Part shown: positions 53,214 to 62,341 of the stretch, one piece after another
Numbering within the stretch: the stretch's first letter is position 1
Layout of the letters: each line of letters starts with the position of its first letter
Source: Acidobacteriota bacterium
GTDB taxonomy: Bacteria; Acidobacteriota; UBA890; WLXD01
Assembly (NCBI GenBank): GCA_965248695.1
Contig: CBDFKD010000002.1
Span: 864,001 to 928,000, forward strand
Length of the DNA: 64,000 bases
Direction: 5' to 3'
Notes under the pieces: model-generated
Told to the model about the DNA's origin: nothing
Seen by the model: only the letters and a program-made list of their open reading frames with translations
Databases searched by the model: none
Translations under genes and position numbers: made by a program

Positions 53214-53246
53214 ATGTAATGATGTAAGAGATACTAATCATAACAT
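53214..53246. promoter_or_regulatory. AT-rich inverted repeat upstream of the antitoxin
   Basis: ATGTAATGAT (53214) / ATCATAACAT (53237), 9/10 inverted match. Confidence 0.5.
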
Positions 53247-53278
53247 CGCACCAACGATCCTTGACGGAGAACACCCTG

Positions 53279-53728
53279 ATGTCAGGAGACGGTCACGACG
53301 CCGCCGACGCCGCCATCCGCGAGCTAGTGGATCGGGAGACTCGCGCCTGGGATATACAGGACGTCGACCTGCTCATGTCGATCCTGCACCCTGACATGGT
53401 GTGGCCGTGGCCACCGCACGCGCAGGCGCACGATCCGATGGAGTGGGTGCTCGAATGGGGTCGCTACGACGACGGGCGATGGCGGCGCGGCTGGCAGGAG
53501 CTTTTCGACACCCACGAGCTAGTGCACAACCGGCGCGAGACGCTCCGGGTGATGGTCTCACACGAGGCCGACGGCGGCCTGGCGGTGGTCGATGTCGACA
53601 CGCTCTGGCGTGATGCCGACGGCAATGACTTCCGCTGGCTCGGGCGTGCTGGGAAGATCTACACCAAGGTCGGCGATGGCTGGAAGCTGATCGCCCATAC
53701 CGGGCTGCTGGAATACCCGCCGAGCTGA
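53279..53728 (+). CDS. NTF2/SnoaL-like protein
   Basis: IRELVDRETRAWD...ILHPDMVWPWP...WKLIAHTG. Confidence 0.82.
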   Translation: MSGDGHDAADAAIRELVDRETRAWDIQDVDLLMSILHPDMVWPWPPHAQAHDPMEWVLEWGRYDDGRWRRGWQELFDTHELVHNRRETLRVMVSHEADGGLAVVDVDTLWRDADGNDFRWLGRAGKIYTKVGDGWKLIAHTGLLEYPPS

Positions 53729-53813
53729 GCTTTCGAGTCGTGTGACGGCGGCAACGGGCGGCCAAGGATCCCTCGCGCTAGGCACCCTCGACCGCGAGGG
53801 ATATCGTCGGGCC

Positions 53814-54164
53814 ATGCCGCGAAGCGAGCTTGTGCGTCGACTGGGCCGTGCGACGGGAATCGCCGCGGGTACGGTGGCGATCGCGCTGTGGATGATGTTT
53901 GCCGCGCGCATTTTCACCACCGGCAACACCGGCGGGCTGCTGGTGGCATTGACGATGATCGCCGTGGCGATCGCCGCTATCGGCGGATCGATCGCCAGTC
54001 ACGCGGGCGTAGTGCTGGCGGCCTTCGCGGTGTCGTTCCTGCCGGTCGGGCTGTACATGCTCGGTAGTCCGAGCATCTTCGCGGGAATCGGGCTCGCCAA
54101 CCTGCTCTACTTCGTGTCGGCCGTTCTGCTGTGGATGGCGCGCCGGGACGGCGGCGAAAAATGA
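53814..54164 (+). CDS. Small membrane protein
   Basis: Four TM helices; ATGA overlap with the TrmH-family gene. Confidence 0.65.
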   Translation: MPRSELVRRLGRATGIAAGTVAIALWMMFAARIFTTGNTGGLLVALTMIAVAIAAIGGSIASHAGVVLAAFAVSFLPVGLYMLGSPSIFAGIGLANLLYFVSAVLLWMARRDGGEK

Positions 54165-54889
54165 CGACGCGTATGGAGCGCTACCGGGCGGCGCGACGCG
54201 ACCCGGCGCTGGTTGTGCTCGAGGGGTTCCATGCTGCCAAGCACGCCCTGCGCTTCGGTGCCGGGATTGTCGAGATGGCCGCCCGGAGTCGTGGCGAGAT
54301 CGACGAGCTGGCCCGCGAGCTCGCCCCGGACGTGCGCGCCAGTCTGGCCCAGGCGGACGAGATTCCGGACGCCGAGTTCGCCACGCTCGCCCCCCTGCCC
54401 CACCCGACAGGGCTGATCGCAATCGCTCGGCGTACCGCGACCGATGTGACGGATCTGGTATGCAGCGACGCCGCGGCTCCGCTGGTATTCCTGGAACAAC
54501 CGGCCCACCTCGGCAACCTCGGTGCTGCCGTGCGCGTCGGGGCTGCCGCCGGTGCGTGTGGCCTATTGACCAGCGGACAACATGATCCCTGGAGCCCCGA
54601 GGCGGTGCGCGCGGCGGCAGGACTGCAGTTCGCGCTGCCGTCGGCGCGAGTCGACGAGCTGCCGGCGAGCCCGCGACCACTGATCGCCCTCGACCCGGAA
54701 GGCGAGCCGATCTCCACCTGCCAGCTGCCCCCGGCACCGATTCTCGCCTTCGGACCCGAGCGTCACGGCTTGAGCGAACAGATCCTCGCCCGCGCGGTGC
54801 AACGCGTCTCGATCCCGATGACGTCGGGTGTCTCGAGCCTCAACCTCGCCACCGCCGTCGCAGTAGCTCTGTACGGGATGCGCAACTAG
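54161..54889 (+). CDS. TrmH/SpoU family RNA methyltransferase
   Basis: GNLGAAVR, FGPERHGL, IPM...SSLNLATA. Confidence 0.9.
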   Translation: MTTRMERYRAARRDPALVVLEGFHAAKHALRFGAGIVEMAARSRGEIDELARELAPDVRASLAQADEIPDAEFATLAPLPHPTGLIAIARRTATDVTDLVCSDAAAPLVFLEQPAHLGNLGAAVRVGAAAGACGLLTSGQHDPWSPEAVRAAAGLQFALPSARVDELPASPRPLIALDPEGEPISTCQLPPAPILAFGPERHGLSEQILARAVQRVSIPMTSGVSSLNLATAVAVALYGMRN

Positions 54890-55275
54890 ATCGTCTGGGC
54901 CCTGTATCGCGCTCCGGCGATCACCCCGATCGCACCCAGCAACGCCACCGTAACCGGATACCAGCTCGGCTGGCCCGGTTGTGGTTGAAAACCCAGCGCG
55001 GCTGACAAGATCATCAGCACCGCCGCCAACGCGATGCCGTGCGCCAGCGGCGCGTGGCTGCCGATCTTGGCCGCAAGCCAGCCACCGACGGCAGCCGCGA
55101 CCACGCCGTAGAGAAGATTGACTACCAGGTACGGCATTGGTGCTTGATCCAACTCGCCGCTGATGACACCCGATGCCATCAACGGTCCAGCGATCATCGT
55201 GCACACGATCACGATCACCACCATTGCTCCGTAGCCGGCGATCACGGCAACCACGCTGCGCATCGGGTTGTTCAC
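54886..55275 (-). CDS. Small membrane protein
   Basis: MRSVVAVIAGY...GGWLAAKI...QPSWY; last gene of the HTH/DUF1579/SRPBCC operon. Confidence 0.75.
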   Translation of the reverse strand: MNNPMRSVVAVIAGYGAMVVIVIVCTMIAGPLMASGVISGELDQAPMPYLVVNLLYGVVAAAVGGWLAAKIGSHAPLAHGIALAAVLMILSAALGFQPQPGQPSWYPVTVALLGAIGVIAGARYRAQTI

Positions 55276-56084
55276 GATGACCCCTCCTGCTGGGTTTCCA
55301 CCGGCTCGAACAGCGTGCCGAGCTTCGCCTTCAGGCTGGCCTCCACCTCGACGGCCTGGGGCTCCGCGACGCCGTACAGCGACAGCCATACTCCCAGGCT
55401 GTAGGCACCGGATCCCGGCTCCAGCTCGACGAACAGCAGCCCATCGTTGAGTGCCGGGCAGCGGCACGAGAAGTGGATCGCCGGGTTGACCAGGTCCACT
55501 TCGCCTGAATCACCGGTCCACAGCGTCACCGACGCCCCGGAGGTGGCCGGCAGCTCCGTCGCCGCGAGTCCGCCCTCCCCGAACAACGCCGCCCATGCGT
55601 CCGGCTTGCCGACGTTGATCTTGCGCCGGTCCCACACCATGCGACGAGGCGTCCCCGGATGGCGCTCCAGATAGAACTTGAGGTTGGACAGGAAGTAGCG
55701 CCAGCCGGAGTCGACCGTGTCGAAATACTCGACCCAGTCGTCCGCGGCGCTAAAGCCGGAGTGGACCATCCTGAGAACGGTGCGTCCCTCGCGCGCCTCG
55801 ATCGTGTAGTCGACGGCCACCGGTACGGCGTCGTCGGTCGGCGGCGGCCCCTCGGTGTAGCGCAGGCGGCGCCCTTCCTCCCAGGTATCGATGTGCCCGG
55901 TGCCTTCCACTCCCGGGCCCCACGAGATCGTCACCGTGCCGCCCACACCAGGCTCGATCTCGGCGGTCAGCGGGAACCAACGCTGTAGCTCCTCGGCGTC
56001 GCTGATCGCGTGCCAGACTTCCTCGGGCGAGGCGTCGATCTCGATCGACAGATCGACGTTCTTCGTGCGTACCGTTTCAGACAT
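55272..56084 (-). CDS. SRPBCC/AHSA1 domain protein
   Basis: IEIDASPEEVWHAI...WFP...TVLRMVHSGF...GWRYFLSNLKFYLE. Confidence 0.88.
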   Translation of the reverse strand: MSETVRTKNVDLSIEIDASPEEVWHAISDAEELQRWFPLTAEIEPGVGGTVTISWGPGVEGTGHIDTWEEGRRLRYTEGPPPTDDAVPVAVDYTIEAREGRTVLRMVHSGFSAADDWVEYFDTVDSGWRYFLSNLKFYLERHPGTPRRMVWDRRKINVGKPDAWAALFGEGGLAATELPATSGASVTLWTGDSGEVDLVNPAIHFSCRCPALNDGLLFVELEPGSGAYSLGVWLSLYGVAEPQAVEVEASLKAKLGTLFEPVETQQEGSS

Positions 56085-56111
56085 CAGGTTTGTCTCCAGG
56101 CTGGTTGCAAG

Positions 56112-56759
56112 TCAATGGCGACGACGCGCGGTGCTTTCGACCATCTTGAAGGGTGGTCCGCCACGCGTGTGGATGTCGTCCTTGAACACGACCTGGGTGA
56201 CGAAGGTGTCCTCGTCGACCCAGCGCAGCACGAAATCGTAGACCTGGTCGGCGCCGGAGATCGGGTCGTGATCGACACCGGCGAGCACTGTCTCGTCACC
56301 AGCGGCGTTCGCCGGCCCCTGGCCCGACACCCAGTAGGTTCCCGAAGTATCGAAGCCAACCAGGGTGTACTCGTCGGCTCGTCGATCGAACCCGATCACC
56401 GCCATGAGCTCGATCGGCGGGGCGGGGGCGGAATACATACCAGTCTGCACCAGGAACCGTCCGCCGAGCACCATCTTGGCCTCAGTAGTACCCGCGGCGA
56501 CAATCGGTTCGGCGCCGGGCTGCTGCCAGATCCGGGTCTCGACGTCCCAGGTACCCTGCATCGTTGCCAGCCGTTCGTGCTCCGGCCCAGGCATCGAGGC
56601 CTCCATCTGACGCTGCACGATCTTCTGCATCTCCTCGGCCGTGGGCTCCTGAGCCGTAAGAGAACCAGGCCAGGCGACGACCGCGATCACCAGCCCAACG
56701 GCCGGCAGTCGGGGCAGACGGAAGCAACGGGTCGGGTGCTCAGTGGACCGGCTGTTCAT
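56112..56759 (-). CDS. DUF1579 family exported protein
   Basis: PGPEHERL...GTW...VLGGRFLVQ...IGFD...FDTSGT. Confidence 0.82.
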   Translation of the reverse strand: MNSRSTEHPTRCFRLPRLPAVGLVIAVVAWPGSLTAQEPTAEEMQKIVQRQMEASMPGPEHERLATMQGTWDVETRIWQQPGAEPIVAAGTTEAKMVLGGRFLVQTGMYSAPAPPIELMAVIGFDRRADEYTLVGFDTSGTYWVSGQGPANAAGDETVLAGVDHDPISGADQVYDFVLRWVDEDTFVTQVVFKDDIHTRGGPPFKMVESTARRRH

Positions 56760-57396
56760 CGCTGTCGTCTCCGCTGTCGTGGGTGGTTTCGAACTCGTTC
56801 GTGGCCGCCTGTTGGCCAGCCAGTGACGGATATCCGCACAGGTTGAACCGGAAGCTCCTCCCAGGAGTTTCCGCCGCGGCGTGGTACTTGCTCACCAGTC
56901 CCTCGAGAGCTGCCGAGAGCTCTTCTGCGAAGGCGGTCTGCTCGGCCGGGCTGGCGAACCTGACCTCGGTCTCTAGGCTCAACGTCGCCAGCCGCTTGCC
57001 GCTCCGATCGGCGCGCCGGCGGAGGGTGGCGAGGTCGCGTAACGTCCGGGCGGCCAGAGCGACGAGATATTCGCTCGAGAAACGATCGCGGATCTCCTCA
57101 GGACTGCTCGCCAGCCCACCGAGCGCCTGCGGCACGATCACGTAGGCGCGGGCGGTCGTCTGCAGCAATTGCTCGACGAAGTTGCCCTTGCGGCGCTCCC
57201 CCACCGGCTCCAGGAGCCCATGCTCGCGCAACAGGCGAACATGGTGGCCGACTCGCTGCCGCGGCAACTCCAGGTCGCGCGCCACTTCCGCCGCGGATGC
57301 CGGGTCGCGGAACCGTTCCAGTAGCTGGATGCGCACCGGGTGCAGCAGGGTAGCCGCCTGATCGGTGCCTTCGACAAGTCCAACGGGTGTTTGCAT
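56740..57396 (-). CDS. ArsR-like winged-helix regulator
   Basis: LLHPVRIQLL...SAAEVARDLELPRQRVGHHVRLL...GLL. Confidence 0.88.
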   Translation of the reverse strand: MQTPVGLVEGTDQAATLLHPVRIQLLERFRDPASAAEVARDLELPRQRVGHHVRLLREHGLLEPVGERRKGNFVEQLLQTTARAYVIVPQALGGLASSPEEIRDRFSSEYLVALAARTLRDLATLRRRADRSGKRLATLSLETEVRFASPAEQTAFAEELSAALEGLVSKYHAAAETPGRSFRFNLCGYPSLAGQQAATNEFETTHDSGDDSDEQPVH

Positions 57397-57403
57397 GAGG
57401 GAG

Positions 57404-57456
57404 AAACTATTGTAGACAAGTAATTTTGTCAAGACCGATATATCTGTCTATAGACA
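57404..57456 (-). promoter_or_regulatory. Sigma70 promoter with overlapping operators, probably leaderless
   Basis: Minus strand TTGACA (57432)-N17-TAGTTT, with the ATG 7 nt later; GACAA-N6-TTGTC dyad at 57415-57430; palindrome TGTCTATAGACA at 57445-57456. Confidence 0.75.
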
Positions 57457-57459
57457 TTC

Positions 57460-59964
57460 ATGCAGAACCCACCTCTACGAACGCTAATATCCCGACCCAT
57501 GCACGGCTCGCTTACGCATGGTTGGCGCGCTCGAACCACGACAGTGCTTGCAGTCCTGCTTGCGGGTGGTATCGGTCGAGCCCAGGGTCCCGAACCCTTC
57601 ACGCCGGACGATCTGTTCCGGGCCCACACGATCGGCCGCATGGCCTGGTCACCGGACGGCGATCTGATCGCCATCGCGTTGGTCGGCCCGGGTAACGAGC
57701 TCGGCGTCCTCGAAACACGCACGGAGCTGGTCCTTGTCGATGCAACCTCCGGGGAGCTCACGACCCTGGCAAGCGGGCTCGCCGAGGAGCGCGGCTACTG
57801 GTCGCCGGTCTGGTCGCCCGAGGGAGGAACGCTCGCGTTCCTGACCGCGGACGCAAGCGGCTCGGTGCACCCGGCACTCTGGCGGCGTGGCGAAGCGTCG
57901 TTCCACACGTTCACGGACGTCGACATCCGGCTCGGTTTCGGCGACCCGCCGATCGTGTGGGCCGACGAACAACATGTGCTCTTCCAGTCCTGGCGGGACG
58001 GCGCCAACCGGAGCGGGTCGCTGTACTTCCAGCTGGTGCGCGGTCGCAACGCATCGCAACTGTGGGACGAGCGACGCCGAGGTACCGACGCCACCGTCAG
58101 CGTCCTCGAATCCGGTCCGTCCGCATCGATCGAACCGGCGATCGAGCCCACCGTCCTTCGCCGCCACGACGTTGCCACCGGCCAGACCAACGAGGTGCTA
58201 GAGCAGGTGCTGCACCGACCAGTGGTATCGCCTGATGGACGTCACGTCGCCTTCTTCGTGCCGAGTCCCGGGTTGCCGCGCGAGCCGGTCGCATCGTTCC
58301 TGCGACATGCCGAGCTCTATGACTCGGTGAACTGGGGCACCGCCCTGGCAGTCGCCGACCTCGACGCCGGCGAGATCGTGGCCGGGCCGGTGAACCTGCT
58401 GGACCCGGATTACTTCTCCCTTCGCTGGTCATCGAGTGGAACCCGGCTGGTGGCGATGGGGCGCCACGAAGATGGCTCGGGGCAAGGCCCACTCCTGCTC
58501 TTTGACGAGGCCGGCTTGCGCCATGTCGAGGTCGAAGGAGTTGGCCCCATCTTGGCGGCCAGATGGCTGGGGGACGAGCTGGTGGTGCGCGCCCGGGACG
58601 ACGACAGCGAAAGCGGCAACGACCGCGACGACGGCGATCGTGCCGACTGGTGGAAGGTCAACCCTGGCCCACCGATCAATCTCACCGGCGCGCTTCCGCC
58701 CTCCGCGGGCGCTCCGGTCCTCGTCGGGCACAACGATGCCATCGTCGAGGCGGAGGGAGATCTCTGGCGCTTGGATCTGGGATCGGCGAGCTCACCGGCC
58801 ACGCTGCTCACGAGCGAGCTGGACGCCGTCAGCGGATCCCGCGCGCTGAGTAGCGAGGGAGCCTTCTACGCCCGAGTCGGCGGGCAACCTACTCTGCTTC
58901 ACTTCGACGGCCAAGCTCTCCATTCAACGACCATCCCCGTGCCCCTGGCCGGCACCACCCCGCGGGCGCTCTCCCCGAACGGTGACGCGGCGATCCTCAC
59001 CGGCAGCGACGACGACGGGACCCGGATGTGGCTCACTCGAACCGTGGGCGAGCTCGAGGATCAGGGCGCCAGCCACTTCATCGAGGTCTGGCACGGCAAC
59101 TCCTGGATCGCCAACAAGCGCCGCGGCGTTGCACGGCATCTCGAGTACACCTCGATCAGCGGCCGCACGCTCAACGCATGGCTGCTCGTGCCACCCGGCC
59201 GCGGACCATTCCCCATGGTCGTGGACATCTATCCAGGAGCCGAGTACGACGCCGAGCCGCCGTACGCCTTCGAGCTCACCAACGGCCATTTCCTTCACCC
59301 GCAGCTGTTCGCCGAGCTCGGCTACGCGGTGCTCTTGCCCAGCATGCCCGCACCCGACGACCCGACGGCGAGCAACCCGATCGACGAGCTCACCGACGGC
59401 GTACTGCCGGCACTGGATGCCGCCATCGCCACCGGGACGATCGATGGTAGTCGCATGGCCGTCGTCGGCCAGAGCGCCGGCGGCTACTCCACCCTCGCCT
59501 CATCGCACAGACTGACCGGTTCCGTGCCGCAATCGCCAGCGCCAGCTACTCCGACCTCGAAAGTCTGTACGGCACTTTCTACGGGCAGCGGCGCTACGGC
59601 GACGGCGGCCATCCGCAGGCGGGTCAGCTCTTGCGCATCATGCAGCTGGAGCGCGGCTACGCGCACATGGGCGGCCCGCCCTGGGAGCAACCGGAGCGAT
59701 ATCGCCACAACAGCCCGCTCACCCACGTCGACAAGATCCGCCCGCACCCCACTGATGCTGGTGCACGGCGACATGGACTTCATCCCGATCCAGCAGGCCG
59801 AGCAGATGTTCACGGCGCTGTATCGACTCGACCGCGACGTTCGCTTGGTGCGCTATCACGGCGAGCAGCACACGGTCTCCGGGCGGGCGAACGTGCTCGA
59901 CCTGTGGACCCGTATCGAGTCCTGGCTGGATTCGCACCTGGCGCCGGCCGGAAGAGATAACTAG
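57460..59964 (+). CDS. S9 (prolyl oligopeptidase / acylaminoacyl peptidase) family, with two compensating frameshifts
   Basis: WSPDG propeller repeats; GQSAGG, HGDMD, GEQH triad; the segment 59497-59740 is correct only in another frame (LIAQTDRFRAAI...PPWEQPERYRHNSP). Confidence 0.88.
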   Translation: MQNPPLRTLISRPMHGSLTHGWRARTTTVLAVLLAGGIGRAQGPEPFTPDDLFRAHTIGRMAWSPDGDLIAIALVGPGNELGVLETRTELVLVDATSGELTTLASGLAEERGYWSPVWSPEGGTLAFLTADASGSVHPALWRRGEASFHTFTDVDIRLGFGDPPIVWADEQHVLFQSWRDGANRSGSLYFQLVRGRNASQLWDERRRGTDATVSVLESGPSASIEPAIEPTVLRRHDVATGQTNEVLEQVLHRPVVSPDGRHVAFFVPSPGLPREPVASFLRHAELYDSVNWGTALAVADLDAGEIVAGPVNLLDPDYFSLRWSSSGTRLVAMGRHEDGSGQGPLLLFDEAGLRHVEVEGVGPILAARWLGDELVVRARDDDSESGNDRDDGDRADWWKVNPGPPINLTGALPPSAGAPVLVGHNDAIVEAEGDLWRLDLGSASSPATLLTSELDAVSGSRALSSEGAFYARVGGQPTLLHFDGQALHSTTIPVPLAGTTPRALSPNGDAAILTGSDDDGTRMWLTRTVGELEDQGASHFIEVWHGNSWIANKRRGVARHLEYTSISGRTLNAWLLVPPGRGPFPMVVDIYPGAEYDAEPPYAFELTNGHFLHPQLFAELGYAVLLPSMPAPDDPTASNPIDELTDGVLPALDAAIATGTIDGSRMAVVGQSAGGYSTLASSHRLTGSVPQSPAPATPTSKVCTALSTGSGATATAAIRRRVSSCASCSWSAATRTWAARPGSNRSDIATTARSPTSTRSARTPLMLVHGDMDFIPIQQAEQMFTALYRLDRDVRLVRYHGEQHTVSGRANVLDLWTRIESWLDSHLAPAGRDN

Positions 59965-60198
59965 GTGGGTTCGACCCAGCCCGGCCGTCCCTCCTGGGGC
60001 TCGTCGCCTGTAGCAGTAGCGCTGAAAACACCGTCACTCACGCCCGCTGGCCTCGCACCGGTGAGATCGCCGATGCAACCGCGTATAGTCGGCGCCAATC
60101 CAGGCCCGATCGCGCCCTGCAGCTCGGCGAATGGACAAGCTGGTGGAATGATCTAGACCGAGTCTCTCGCTGCATTTGTTCGAACGAAGGAAGGTCCC

Positions 60199-61539
60199 GT
60201 GCGCTCCTCGCTTCGCTTGCTACTCGCCAGTGCGCTCATTGCTGTCCCGTTGGCGAGCCCCGCAAACGTCAACGGGCATCAAGACGGCACCGATATCGAC
60301 GCCATCATCGAGTCGCTCATGCCCTCGGTGATCGAGTGGCGTCACGATATCCACCAGCACCCGGAGCTATCGAACCGCGAGCACCGCACGGCGGCCAAGG
60401 TGGCGGAGCATCTACGCTCGATCGGCCTCGACGAGGTCGAGACCGGAATCGCACACACGGGAGTCGTCGGGACGCTGCGGGGCAGCCTCCCGGGCCCAGT
60501 GGTGGCGCTGCGCGCCGACATGGACGGCCTGCCGGTCAAGGAGATGACCGGGCTGCCCTTCGCCTCCGAGGCGATCGGCGAGTACAACGGCGCCGAAGTT
60601 CCGGTGATGCACGCCTGCGGACACGACGCCCATGTGGCGATTCTCATGGGCGTCGCGGCGGCGCTGGCCGAGGTGCGCGAGTCGATCCCGGGCACCGTGA
60701 AGTTCTTCTTCCAGCCGGCTGAGGAGGGCGCGCCGCCCGGTGAGGAAGGTGGCGCGGCGCTCATGCTCGAGGAGGGGGTGTTCGAGGGCTCCGATGCTCC
60801 CGAGGCAATCTTCGGTCTGCACGTTTGGCCGGAGACCACCGGTACCCTCGGCTACCGGTCCGGAGGCGCGCTCGCCGCCTCCGACGGGCTCTATATCAAG
60901 GTCATCGGCCGGCAGACGCATGGGTCACAGCCATGGCGGGGAGTCGATCCCATCATCGCCGCGGCTCAGATCGTGGCGGCACTGCAGACAATCCCCAGCC
61001 GCCAACTCGACATCACCAGGGCGCCCGCGGTGGTGTCGATCGGCAGCATCCACGGCGGCGTGCGCGGCAACATCATTCCCGACTTCGTCGAGATGACCGG
61101 CACCATCCGCACCTTCGACCCCAATATGCGCGAGGAGTTACACGAGCGGATCCGCACTACCGCCGTGGCGATCGCCGAGAGCTCAGGCGCAACCGCGGAG
61201 GTGGAGCTGCGCCCCGGAACCCCGGTCACGTACAACGACCCGGAGCTCACCGAGCGCATGCTGCCCACGCTGGAGCGCGCCGCACCAGGCAAGGTCAAGC
61301 AACTCGACCTCATCATGGGAGCCGAGGACTTTTCCTATTTCCAGGAGCTCATCCCCGGCTTCTACTTCACCCTCGGGGTCAACAAGGCCGGGGTGGGGCC
61401 GAACGAAGCGGCGCCGAACCACTCGCCCAATTTCTACGTCAACGACGACGCGCTGATCGTCGGAGTGCGAGCAATGGCGGGAATGGCGATGGATTACTTG
61501 AGCTCCGCCCTCACCTCGTCGAGCGCCCCTGACCGGTAG
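60199..61539 (+). CDS. M20D amidohydrolase (Acy1-like), exported
   Basis: HQHPELSNRE, LRADMDGLP, MHACGHD, FQPAEEG, GAEDFSY, NHSP. Confidence 0.95.
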   Translation: MRSSLRLLLASALIAVPLASPANVNGHQDGTDIDAIIESLMPSVIEWRHDIHQHPELSNREHRTAAKVAEHLRSIGLDEVETGIAHTGVVGTLRGSLPGPVVALRADMDGLPVKEMTGLPFASEAIGEYNGAEVPVMHACGHDAHVAILMGVAAALAEVRESIPGTVKFFFQPAEEGAPPGEEGGAALMLEEGVFEGSDAPEAIFGLHVWPETTGTLGYRSGGALAASDGLYIKVIGRQTHGSQPWRGVDPIIAAAQIVAALQTIPSRQLDITRAPAVVSIGSIHGGVRGNIIPDFVEMTGTIRTFDPNMREELHERIRTTAVAIAESSGATAEVELRPGTPVTYNDPELTERMLPTLERAAPGKVKQLDLIMGAEDFSYFQELIPGFYFTLGVNKAGVGPNEAAPNHSPNFYVNDDALIVGVRAMAGMAMDYLSSALTSSSAPDR

Positions 61540-61673
61540 GCGATTTCCAAGGCCTCCTCGAGCCACGCCAATCGCTGCGCGGCGGTCGCCTTCAGCGTGG
61601 CCTCCAGGTGGTGGCGACGCGTACCCTCCCAAGTGGCGTCCCACGACTCGCGAGCTCCGGCCCGATCAGCCAT
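61494..61673 (-). CDS. 59-aa partner of the nucleotidyltransferase (putative TA component)
   Basis: Below the ORF-track cutoff; MADRAGARESWDATWEGTRRHHLEATLKATAAQRLAWLEEALEIAYRSGALDEVRAELK; the ATG overlaps the upstream gene end. Confidence 0.65.
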   Translation of the reverse strand: MADRAGARESWDATWEGTRRHHLEATLKATAAQRLAWLEEALEIAYRSGALDEVRAELK

Positions 61674-62175
61674 CGTTGGTCGTCTTCCGCAGACGCTGGA
61701 TGGCCTCGAGCGATTCGATATCGTCGCGATCCTGCGGACGTCCCGCGAGGCGTTTCAGTCGGATCAGGTCCGGGATCGACGCAACGCGCACACTCGTCAC
61801 TTCCAGGTCGACCTCGACCGACCGCGCCCATAGCTCCTCGAACGGGATCGGATGCTCGGCGAACAGATCCACCACACGCATCGGGTTGCCTGGATCGAGC
61901 ATCGAGAACACTCTCATTCCACGCTCCCGCACCCAAGCCTCGCGGGTTGCAGTGTTGGCAAAGTCCCTTGCGTCGACCGGTAGCCTCGGCTTCATTCCCA
62001 GCTCCGCGAGAACATCAATCGCCTTGACAGCCTCTGGAGGGCTCAGGTCAACGATGAGGTCAACGTCGACCGTCAGGCGCGCGTGGCCGTGCAACACGAC
62101 CGCGAGGCCACCGACGACCACGTAGCGCACGTCGGCTGCATTCAGTGCCATGAAGATGGGCTCGAACACCGCCAT
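61666..62175 (-). CDS. Nucleotidyltransferase (Pol-beta superfamily, DUF6036/AbiEii-like)
   Basis: YVVVGGLAVVLHG...TVDVDL...VDLF...LIRLKRLAGRPQDRDDI. Confidence 0.85.
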   Translation of the reverse strand: MAVFEPIFMALNAADVRYVVVGGLAVVLHGHARLTVDVDLIVDLSPPEAVKAIDVLAELGMKPRLPVDARDFANTATREAWVRERGMRVFSMLDPGNPMRVVDLFAEHPIPFEELWARSVEVDLEVTSVRVASIPDLIRLKRLAGRPQDRDDIESLEAIQRLRKTTNDG

Positions 62176-62240
62176 GCGGGGATTCTACGGGCGGATCCGT
62201 CATTGAACCAAATCGTTTCGCCACGTGGTGAGTTGGCTCG

Positions 62241-62290
62241 TCTGATACTATAGGTCCGTATCAGACCTATCCGATATGGACCGTATCGGA
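62241..62290. promoter_or_regulatory. Interlocking inverted repeats upstream of the PadR gene
   Basis: TCTGATAC/GTATCAGA, ATAGGTC/GACCTAT and TCCGATA/TATCGGA. Confidence 0.6.
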
Positions 62291-62341
62291 GTCGTCGCCA
62301 CCAGACACGCTCGGATCTTCGCGGGGAAACCAACCACGGCC

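Noticed and set aside
59965-59980. GTGGGTTCGACCCAGC as a tRNA T-arm or att-site remnant
   Set aside because: The loop is 5 nt rather than 7 nt, and there is no acceptor stem or CCA context.
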